Shown piece by piece: positions 25,970 through 36,671 of a stretch of DNA of 64,000 nt. The stretch covers positions 16,244,001 through 16,308,000 of the forward strand of contig OZ249441.1 of assembly GCA_965235115.1 (NCBI GenBank), given 5' to 3'. The DNA is from Laetmonice hystrix (Eukaryota). The first letter of the stretch is position 1, and each line of letters starts with the position of its first letter. The translations under genes were made by a program, and so were the position numbers. The notes under the pieces were generated by a model. The model did no database searches. It saw nothing but the letters and a program-made list of their open reading frames with translations, and was not told the origin of the DNA.

Positions 25970-26385
25970 AACATATCAATGTGCAATACATAATCAGTGA
26001 CAACTTAGAACGTGCATGACATCATAGCACCGTTCCACATATCGATGTGCAATACATAATAAGTGACAACTTAGAACATGCATGACATCATAGCACCGTT
26101 TCACATATCGATGTGCAATACATAATAAGTGACAACTTAGAACGTACATGACATCATAGTACCGTTCCACATATCGATGTGCAATACATAATCAGTGACA
26201 ACTTAGAACGCGCATGACATCATAGTAACGTTCCCCATATCGATGTGCAATACATAATCAGTGACAACTTAGAACGTACATGACATCATAGTACCGTTCC
26301 ACATATCGATGTGCAATACATAATCAGTGACAACTTAGAACATGCATGACACCATAGCACCGTTTCACATATCGATGTGCAATAT
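25970..26385. repeat. Minisatellite, 66-bp unit, about 6 copies
   Basis: gtgcaatacataat starts at 25981, 26047, 26113, 26179, 26245 and 26311. Confidence 0.97.
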
Positions 26386-26428
26386 ATGGTACTTTATGAT
26401 TGCTATAAAGACTATAGTGGTGACTGAC

Positions 26429-26606
26429 CTTGGGGGAACACCCTTGACATCAAAGTAGGTGAACCTAACGGAGACGCGCTCTGTCGGCAAGGCGATGAAC
26501 CTGTACACACAGCGCAGTCCGTCATCGTAGTTATTCGGCCAGTTGGGAGACTGAAATGTGCCATTCTTAGGACCGCTGTTGGTACTCTCTATCACTAAGT
26601 CACAGT
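26429..26606 (-). CDS. Internal coding exon of a CUB-domain protein, most similar to suppressor of lurcher protein 1 (SOL-1)-like
   Basis: Translates (D)CDLVIESTNSGPKNGTFQSPNWPNNYDDGLRCVYRFIALPTERVSVRFTYFDVKGVPP(R), matching the CUB pattern C...G.F.SPNWP..Y.....C.Y.F......V...F..FD. Acceptor is ttttttccctctttcag|AC (phase 1) and donor is CCAAG|gtcagt (phase 2). The C-D-x-V-I-x-S...NGTF and GxPP-x-C layout is recalled from SOL-1-like first CUB domains, not checked by search. Confidence 0.85.
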
Positions 26607-27876
26607 CTGAAAGAGGGAAAAAATATACCAGATAGTTAGCAAAATCACACATCTTAGGACCTGGTTAATTTCACCGACAGGATTCAATCCAAAACACAGA
26701 GCAATCCATCAAAATCTCTACCAAGACGTCGCTGAGGCCCTGGGTGCCATCCGAGAAACCCGATCATTGAGTGTGTCAAGCGGGTAATTCTATAAAGGTC
26801 AACACACAAAGATAGATTGCTCTACTAGGATGTCTAGCTTTCCTCTGCGAACGGACAACAAATGATGCATGCACTCTCTACAGGTAGGGATACCCTGTCG
26901 AGGCGCCCGTGCTAAATTACCCGTCTGCCTTGCCCCAGGCACTCAGGTGGGCCAGGTATCTTAATGGTGATAAACTCGCGTGTCCCTCACTCTAATAAGC
27001 CTACCTTATCAAGTGTCAATCCCTTCTCGTATCAATCATAGTTTATATTATGTATGATATTTTCTTAAAGACCACCCAATAATGGTCGGGTCAGCAATGA
27101 GGCGGTAGATTTGAAAGTCAGAGCTCCCATCAGGTTTGAATGTGTATGTTTGGTTGATATAAATAGCCTCCGCATCCAATCACGGCTGTTACCAACATGA
27201 ATATTCTGGGTAGTTTTTACTGAGAATTCCCAGAATTTGAAGGAAGATTTGTTGTCCCAAGTGCTCCAGTGAAATAACCTATACAAAAAGGGTTGACCGA
27301 CAAGGTCAAATGGTTACCCCAGGCGTGGGTCATTTATCCTTGAGCTTTATGTTACTTACTGGCACCTACAGTCATACATACAGCCCGGGTCTAGATAATT
27401 AGCCAGCCTATATCTTGATACTGCTTTAGATCTATTATCCTAACATAAGCCGTGATTCTCTCCTTCTTGTGGAAGGAGAGGGGGCGTCAATTTGACGGAG
27501 TGAAATTTCCGAGTGGCAGTTGAAGGCCAACCCTTCGATGTTACGTTCTTAGCAGCAGGTTAATCCATCATATTCAATGACAAATCCAAAACGACATGCA
27601 GTTTGGAAGAAACATCCTTCCAGTGTGGTACTGTCACCGATGATTAATTTCATTCAGCCACGAATAATCACCAATTTCACTGAAAACCGGTCCAGGATTT
27701 ATCAATAAAGGAAAGAACAAATGGTTCCTGAAAATTAATCAGAGGAAAAAAAAGCGAGGCGAGAAGACGTGAAGGAAGGGCACGTTTTATGGAACGTTTC
27801 CCAAGTCAACAAGGGGTCAGACAGACAGATGAGCTAGTTTGTGCAACGTTTTTCTTTTTCCCTCCCCTAGTTCCGA

Positions 27877-27890
27877 GTTGCCGTGGCAAC
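27877..27890. promoter_or_regulatory. RFX X-box-like palindrome
   Basis: GTTGCCGTGGCAAC differs from the canonical GTTGCCATGGCAAC at one position. Motif match only. Confidence 0.35.
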
Positions 27891-30587
27891 GGATTTCCAC
27901 CAAAGACACCACAGATGTTGCTGCTATCACTGCTTCTTTCATCTTTCCACACATAAGCAATACAAAGGCGTTGCTGTTGGTTCTAAGTGGATGGCATTGA
28001 GACAGGGTTCTCCCCGTGCGCCTCACTGGTCCCCCTCCTGACCGCTCAATCAAACAATTCGACACAGACAATGTCGGCTCCAGCCAACTACCTTCCCCGG
28101 CGCCGGTTCCCTTTGTAAAACTGAACGCTTAGGAATTAAAGACCGGTCTGTGGTTGCGGTCAAGCGATAGTACTCGTGAAGAAAAAACTCCTAGGAGTTA
28201 GGAATCACCTGCTAGATTCAATAATCACTTTTCACATTTGCTTAGCTGTAAGGAGCAGAATTTCTATGTATTCATTGATTCAGAATATCATATGGCTAGA
28301 GTGATATTATCATAAACTAGACTGCTATATAGGAATACGATATCTAGTTTCATATGTTCTGCTTACATAAGATTGGGAGCCAATCTGCCGTATCTGTACC
28401 GTCCCCTGACGTCCTTGGTGAAATGAATGTTCTGTTATCAAATAACAAGACCATAAAACCATCTCCTTCTCCTGTCAAACGGTCCTCGCGAGTATCATTT
28501 GGCCCGTCACCGTCGACTCATATGCAATTAAAGATTGTTTTTCACGGTCCCCTGAGTCCCACATTCATAGATCCTCATGACGGCAGATAAACGACTGTTA
28601 TAATCATGAAATCTCACTCTCGCAACTTATACTCATTCTTTGTGTTGCTGACCTAAGAATTCAGAAAGACACATCATCAGGAAGGAAATCAGTTTATGGT
28701 TTCCTCGTGTGGTTATTCGAATCGAATAGGTGCTGCTTACAGTGATAACTGTAGAATTTATCACACAGAACTATAAATAAGAGGACCACGGTTTTCAAAC
28801 TTCAAGGGCTGTGTTTCAGACCTCCTTCCTTCACACCACAACGGATACATCATATCATCTCCATGTCCTTGGTGTCCTAATGCTCTGTCGTTAGTTTTCT
28901 AATCATCACTGCCGCACTGCTACTGAACTGATTAATGGTATCAAAGGCGACGAGAGGACAAGAAGATGAATATGTGTTTAGACCTTTCACAATAATGACT
29001 GTTCGGTGAAATGCAATTATTAGATAAAGCTTTATCATCAGTGGCATTGTTCACCTTAAATGTGTTCATAATTAAGATACTGGCCTAATTTTGGTGATAA
29101 AGTTACTTTACAATGACACGGGTCGATCTAAACTGGTCACATAAATCAGATATAAGTACCATATTTTAGAATCTGACAGCTCTAAATGTACTGCGGTAAT
29201 GAATATTTCTAGAGTGCCTGCACTAGATGAGGTGCCTTTTTCTAGTATGTTACTCTCGCGGACTCCTGCTCCCTAAGACTGTCCGTGGGGTGACAGAGTG
29301 CCCCGGACAGGCTGAAGAGGGCTGTCTGGGTTCCACTCTAATATCGTGACATATTGATTACGGTCATAAATCAAAACAAGTCTGGCCATAATATTGTACA
29401 ACTACTCAACATAACAACCGCGAGACGATGCTGAGCTTTGTTAAATGTTGACCCAAATACAACATCGTACAGGATCGTATTTTTCTGTTGGTTTATGGAC
29501 ACCCTACACGGGAATTGAGTCGCTTAGCATTGCCGAGTCTCACATTCAGACCTGAATTCAAAGCGGTTGTGCTAAGCATAAGGAAGCACGAGAGTGCTCT
29601 GGGAAGTACCAGAATAATGACGCCATACTCCAGCAACCAGTGAGGACCGCCAATGATTTCCCTGGTGAAATAACAGAACAGTCGTGAGATGTTTGTTTCC
29701 GGGATTCCGACCTGAACGAGACTGGCAGTGGATTTAGCACTGCCCGACATGCGAGCGGGATACCATCACCTCATCGGCCGAGGGACGCATTGTCCCGGCT
29801 CACGAATCGGCCATGGTGAATCATTGAAACAAAAAACTTGGCTGGGATGTTGACGCCATGTCTGCCACCAACTACAGCGGGCTGGTAGCGGGTTCCCCGG
29901 GGCCTTGTTAATGCTCTCACTATATAACCTCCCTACTCATGCACGGGCGCCCACAACAAACAAACACCATCTTCTAACAAAAAGAAAAGAAATACACAAT
30001 AAAGAAAGAGATTGAATCCCTGTTTCAATGTAACAGGGTGTTATAGGAGGAAAATAAAACGGTAAAACCAATCTCTAATTCAAGAAACAAAAATATTGAA
30101 ATTATTAGTCCAGAGTCATGTTCACATGTGAAGTGAAATTGATGAAGACCATCTCAATGGAATACTATAAAAAGAACAGGAATAAGTTTCAATTCTAGCT
30201 CGAGGAAAGAATGGTTTTTCTGAAGAGCTGGTCATTTTATTGCCACTATTGACAGAAGTAGATGGGAAAGGAGTCCACCATTTTTATTTCAATCTTTGGA
30301 TTGTCGACTCGGCGTATTGAGATTTAAAAAAAAGGCCACACAACTGCTCAGCTGCCAGCACGAGATTGTTAGAGAGACTTCGAGAATAACAACCTTCTCG
30401 ACTCCGAGCGCCTTACCTGTCACTTGGTTAGACACCCAAGATGAATACCTGCCAACCTCGGTCTGTGAATAATTAATGCCGTTCTTTTCTGCAGACCGAA
30501 ACAGCATAAAAGTCTCACACCCCTGTGGCCGTTATCCTGCTGTCCGACCCAAACGCCTCTAGCATGTACGATCCATAATTCATAGAC

Positions 30588-32160
30588 CGTGCCCACAATA
30601 TGACTGGCTGTGTACAGAGACGGAAAGGTAGTCCTCCTACACGTGCCCACAACATGACTGGCTGTGTGCAGAGACGGAAAGGTAGTCCTCCTACACGTGC
30701 CCACAACATGACTGGCTGTGTGCAGAGACGGGAAGGTAGTCCTCCTACACGTACCCACAACATGACTGGCTGTGTACAGAGACGGGAAGGTAGTCCTCCT
30801 ACACGTGCCCACAACATGACTGGCTGTGTGCAGAGACGGGAAGGTAGTCCTCCTACACGTACCCACAACATGACTGGCTGTGTGCAGAGACGGGAAGGTA
30901 GTCCTCCTACACGTACCCACAACATGACCGGCTGTGTGCAGAGACGGTAGTCCTCCTACACGTACCCACAACATGACCGGCTGTGTGCAGAGACGGTAGT
31001 CCTCCTACACGTGCCCACAACATGACTGGCTGTGTGCAGAGACGGTAGTCCTCCTACACGTACCCACAACATGACCGGCTGTGTGCAGAGACGGGAAGGT
31101 AGTCCTCCTACACGTGCCCACAACATGACTGGCTGTGTGCAGAGACGGGAAGGTAGTCCTCCTACACGTGCCCACAACATGACTGGCTGTGTGCAGAGAC
31201 GGGAAGGTAGTCCTCCTACACGTGCCCACAACATGACTGGCTGTGTACAGAGACGGGAAGGTAGTCCTCCTACACGTGCCCACAACATGACTGGCTGTGT
31301 GCAGAGACGGGAAGGTAGTCCTCCTACACGTGCCCACAACATGACTGTGTGCAGAGACGGGAAGGTAGTCCTCCTACACGTACCCACAACATGACTGGCT
31401 GTGTACAGAGACGGGAAGGTAGTCCTCCTACACGTGCCCACAACATGACTGGCTGTGTGCAGAGACGGGAAGGTAGTCCTCCTACACGTGCCCACAACAT
31501 GACTGTGTGCAGAGACGGGAAGGTAGTCCTCCTACACGTGCCCACAACATGATTGGCTGTGTACAGAGACGGGAAGGTAGTCCTCCTACACGTGCCCACA
31601 ACATGACTGGCTGTGTACAGAGACGGGAAGGTAGTCCTCCTACACGTACCCACAACATGACTGGCTGTGTACAGAGACGGGAAGGTAGTCCTCCTACACG
31701 TGCCCACAACATGACTGGCTGTGTGCAGAGACGGGAAGGTAGTCCTCCTACACGTGCCCACAACATGACTGTGTGCAGAGACGGTAGTCCTCCTACACGT
31801 GCCCACAACATGACCGGCTGTGTGCAGAGACGGTAGTCCTCCTACACGTACCCACAACATGACCGGCTGTGTGCAGAGACGGGAAGGTAGTCCTCCTACA
31901 CGTGCCCACAACATGACCGGCTGTGTGCAGAGACGGTAGTCCTCCTACACGTGCCCACAACATGACTGGCTGTGTGCAGAGACGGGAAGGTAGTCCTCCT
32001 ACACGTGCCCACAACATGACTGGCTGTGTGCAGAGACGGGAAGGTAGTCCTCCTACACGTGCCCACAACATGACTGGCTGTGTACAGAGACGGGAAGGTA
32101 GTCCTCCTACACGTGCCCACAACATGACTGGCTGTGTACAGAGACGGGAAGGTAGTCCTC
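30588..32160. repeat. Minisatellite, 54-bp unit with 4-nt and 5-nt deletion variants, about 30 copies
   Basis: Unit cccacaacatgactggctgtgtgcagagacgggaaggtagtcctcctacacgtg. Confidence 0.98.
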
Positions 32161-33066
32161 TGACTGTGGTGAATCCACAGCGTACCCGTTTCCCGGTTCA
32201 TACCCACTACATATCCGACATGATAGGCCAAGTCATCCTTGAACTGCTGTACAAGTAAACGTCTGAACTGACACACAGTATAGACACTACAAACGGACGG
32301 TATAGTTCTCTTGGTTCAAACAGCTAACACAGTCTAATCAATCGATGACGGGGTGACCGTTCCCAACCTGGATGGGGCTCTTTTATTTTAGTTACATACA
32401 CAAAGCCATGTTTGAATGACATACGTAACCTCGTTTCCACATGACAGCTGGCTGATCATTTTAGTATCTTTTCAAAGACACACACTATATTCCCTAAAGT
32501 AAACTTTTCTTTCAATATTTTTACATATCTTTCCCAATCCGGTCATGTTAGCACCATTAGCTATAAACTACATTATTTGACACTCAAAGATGCAAGCTCC
32601 CTGCTTTTGACTCATCTACGTTCATGAGAATCGGCTTTGTCCCTAACATAATGAAGACACAATATATGTGGTGACGTGATAAGTCTAAATGTCTAAATGT
32701 CTCCTATTTTCCGGTTAGTCTGCCGGGTTTCACGACCAATGGCATGGTTCAATCCATAAAAATTGTACCAAGCCCGGACTGGCGAGAAGTCTGACTCCAC
32801 CGTCGGTCCGTCCGTCGGTCCGAGGTGCGGCTGGTCTCAGATTGAAAAGTCCAGCAGTGGCTCAGACACCATCAGCTTGCACCAGGCTCAAGTCGGAACT
32901 GACAGGTACGCCCCAAATCCTGTCTGTCCCCACCTGGTCTTAATAAAGACAAATGGCTACCGACACGTGCCTGACGTTAGCCAATCTTAACTCGTGTATC
33001 CATCGGAGCCGCCAATCGGGGCAGATTGCCCATATGATAAACATCGGCACCTCGTCCTGCCTTCAG

Positions 33067-34275
33067 TAACATGGCATGAGTTGTGCCCCACTCCAACCTT
33101 AATACAATCCTACATCTGAGGGTGTTGAAATAACTTTATATCTATATTATAATAACTCAATACATATACAAATACATGACTAACTAACATGGCATGAGGT
33201 GTGCCCCACTCCAACCTTAACACAATCCTACGTCTGTGGGTGTTGAAATAACTTTATATCTATATTAAAAATATAATACGTCAATACATATACAAATACA
33301 TGACTAGCTAACATGGCGTGAGGTGTGCCCCACTCCAACCTTAACACAATCCTACGTCTGTGGGTGTTGAAATAACTTTATATCTATATTATAATAACTC
33401 AATACATATACAAATACATGACTAGCTAACATGGCGTGCGGCGTGCCCCACTGCAACCTTAACACAAACCTACGTCTGTGGGTGTTGAAATAACTTTATA
33501 TCTATATTAAAAATATAATAACTCAATATATACAAATACATGACTAGCTAACATGGCATGAGGTGTGCCCCACTGCAACCTTAACACAAGCCTAAGTCTG
33601 TGGGTGTTGAAATAACTTCATATCTATATTATAATAACTCAATACATATACAAATACATGACTAGCTAACATGGCGTGAGTCGTGCCCCACTCCAACCTT
33701 AACACAATCCTACGTCTGTGGGTGTTGAAATAACTTTATATCTATATTATAATAACTCAATACATATACAAATACATGACTAGCTAACATGGCGTGCGGC
33801 GTGCCCCACTCCAACCTTAACACAATCCTACGTCTGAGGGTGTTGAAATAACTTTATATCTATATTAAAAATATAATAACTCAATACATATACAAATACA
33901 TGACTAGCTAACATGGCGTGAGTCGTGCCCCACTCCAACCTTAACACAATCCTACGTCTGAGGGTGTTGAAATAACTTTATATCTATATTAAAAATATAA
34001 TACGTCAATACATATACAAATACATGACTAGCTAACATGGCGTGAGGTGTGCCCCACTCCAACCTTAACACAATCCTACGTCTGAGGGTGTTGAAATAAC
34101 TTTATATCTATATTATAATAACTCAATACATATACAAATACATGACTAGCTAACATGGCATGAGGTGTGCCCCACTCCAACCTTAACACAAACCTACGTC
34201 TGAGGGTGTTGATATAACTTTATATCTATATTAAAAATATAATACGTCAATACATATACAAATACATGACTAGCT
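33067..34275. repeat. Tandem repeat, 118/122/124-bp units, 10 copies
   Basis: taacatggc starts at 33067, 33185, 33309, 33427, 33549, 33667, 33785, 33909, 34033 and 34151. Confidence 0.97.
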
Positions 34276-34420
34276 ATTTCTTTTATGAAGACATGACGTC
34301 TGAAGCGACTTTGGAGACGTAAACCATTCTTCACGCCGAGGTTAGAGCTAGATCTTTTGACGAGCCCGGTGTTCTGGTTTACTTTCTTTGTTTCTGGAGT
34401 ACGTTCACCTCTCTACAAAA

Positions 34421-34569
34421 CAGTGGCTTCGGAAGCTGGGGGCAGAGGGGGCTGCTGCCCCCCTCCAATATTAAAATGACCACAGACTCAATGCAGAGCC
34501 GTCGGCGTAACTCATTGTGACGCCACTTCTGCCCCCCCCCCCAATATTTTTTTCCTTCCTACACCACTG
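34421..34569. mobile_element. MITE with imperfect TIR and 5-bp TSD (CAAAA)
   Basis: Ends are cagtggcttcggaag and cttcctacaccactg, with CAAAA at 34416-34420 and 34570-34574. Confidence 0.65.
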
Positions 34570-34692
34570 CAAAAGTGAAAATCCTACTGGGAATCCTACT
34601 GAACAACACGTACATGTGCGGCGCTTTCTCCACTTATTATGTCCAGATTACGAATACGAGTACAAGGAACACATTAAAATGTGCATAGACTT

Positions 34693-34832
34693 CATTGGCG
34701 GATCCAGAGGGAGGGGGTTTACGGGGGTTGCAACCCCCTTTACGAAGTAATTTTTTTTCTGCTTGAAATATTCAAATCAAACATACCCCCCCCCCCCCCG
34801 GCACACCCCACACCACTTGGATCCGCCCCCTG
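34693..34832. mobile_element. MITE with ggcggatcca TIR core and near-perfect 5-bp TSD (GACTT/CACTT)
   Basis: Ends are cattggcggatcca and tggatccgccccctg. Confidence 0.65.
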
Positions 34833-36389
34833 CACTTTATCAACAGCCATATATAAGGATGCCTCCATGTTATTAACAAAGCTATCCAAAGATAACGGTT
34901 AAACGCTATGAAGTATATTTTCATAATTGAAGTATTATGCATAATTACTCAACTCGTGCCAGGAATAAAAAGTGCTAAGTCCTTGGATGGTGAAGTTAAG
35001 ACAGCTGAAAGCATTTTAATGAAATCGATTCATTCGAGTAGCCTATGAAGTTTTACGGCTTAATGAGATAATCCTCACCGGATAGGGGCAACCTATTCAG
35101 CAGTGATTGGCGATAGTCAAATTGACAACACCTACAACTCTAAGACAAGTTTAGCATTTATTAATTTATTTTTTTTAAACTTGTATCAAGTATGACATGT
35201 CGTCGTTTCCATTACTCTGCCAGGAATAAAAAGACTTGCATGATGAACAGTCGGCCGACATAACGATCGGGCACGACTGTAGCTCTAAGTGGTGGAAGAA
35301 AACAACGTCAGATGACGGCAAGGGCCTTGAGATCGTACAAAAATGGAACCGTTGCTAATTGATGGGACTTGGTCACAACAGTGATGCATGCTGATATGCA
35401 TAACGAAACGGCACTACTGGAGCGAGTGACCGAAGGCTTTTATGTTGAAAAAAGTGGAAAAAAGGCGGGAAAGGGAGAAAAAGATACTGTGGAGGTGGAA
35501 GCTGTGCTGTATGCTTCATTATGCTGTATGCGATCGGTAATGACTGGAGGAATTGTCCTCCCGCAGGAGTAAGGAGCTGGTAATTGAGTAATACATCAAT
35601 GTTAGTATGCAGTATGAAGATATATAGCTCACGTTTCTCTACCACTTGGGGATTCTAGCACTATGCCATCTTCTCTCACAACATCTAAACTCTACTTTTA
35701 TGGCATAAAAACGTATTTATGGAATTATTTCTTTGTCCTTACTGACAATATTATACATGGCTGCTCACATTCATACTACTGGGAATCGTCTAACACTAGC
35801 CTACAGAGGAAAGAGTTTCCCTCAAAGACACTTGAGACTATTATACATAGAAGATACTCCGGTGTCGGATGTAGCTCTAGAGATGGGGACTAGATCGAGT
35901 ATCACTGAAGGTGCCTCACGTGACACGTACCACACTATACTATCCAGCAAACGTCTCGTCTTGAAGGAGCTCAAATATTAAAAAACATTCAGATGTACAT
36001 CCCCATGCAGCATGTGCTGGCAGTAATGTTGGCTTCGCCATCGAGTTGCTAGGATACAATGGCCGTTAGCAAAACACGAGTGGGACTTTTTGTCGACGAC
36101 AGACAAGGTGAAGTTTGCTCGTGGTACGAGTGGGTATGTGGCGGGTTGGCACGCATGCGCGGCCAGTACCCCCTGCCGGAGGTCGGCCACATCCTTCCCC
36201 TCAAGTCTTACCCCTCCTAGCCATTACAATGGGATGATCATGCAAGTCAGGCTTCCCGCCCTTACAACCCACCACCAGTGGCGGGCTCCCAGCTCTAGTG
36301 TATGCTTCTGTCCTCACAACAATCTATATGAAACCGTGTTGAAGGTCCCCACTGAATGACTGCTCGGAGCTAGATGTTCTAGATCGTCT

Positions 36390-36671
36390 CAGGCGCGTGT
36401 CCAGGATTTTCAGTGTGTGTGTGTGGGGGGGGGGGGGGGGTCTCAAGAAATTTGTAAAAATAGAAGCTCTGAGACGCGATTCCTCGCCATTTAGGGACCA
36501 TTTTAGGGCATTATATTTTGTGGATTCATCGCTCAACGGGTTTAAAACGGCGGGAATGCTTAGAAAAAATCGCTCAACGGGTTCAAAACGGCGGGATTGC
36601 TTAGATAAAATCTGTGCTCTGTGGGAGCAGGGGGGTCTGGACCCCCCCCCCCCCCTCCAGACACGCGCCTG
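36390..36671. mobile_element. MITE with perfect 12-bp TIR (caggcgcgtgtc) and perfect 5-bp TSD (CGTCT)
   Basis: CGTCT-caggcgcgtgtc ... gacacgcgcctg-CGTCT, with internal poly-G/poly-C subterminal tracts and a short internal duplication. Confidence 0.85.
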
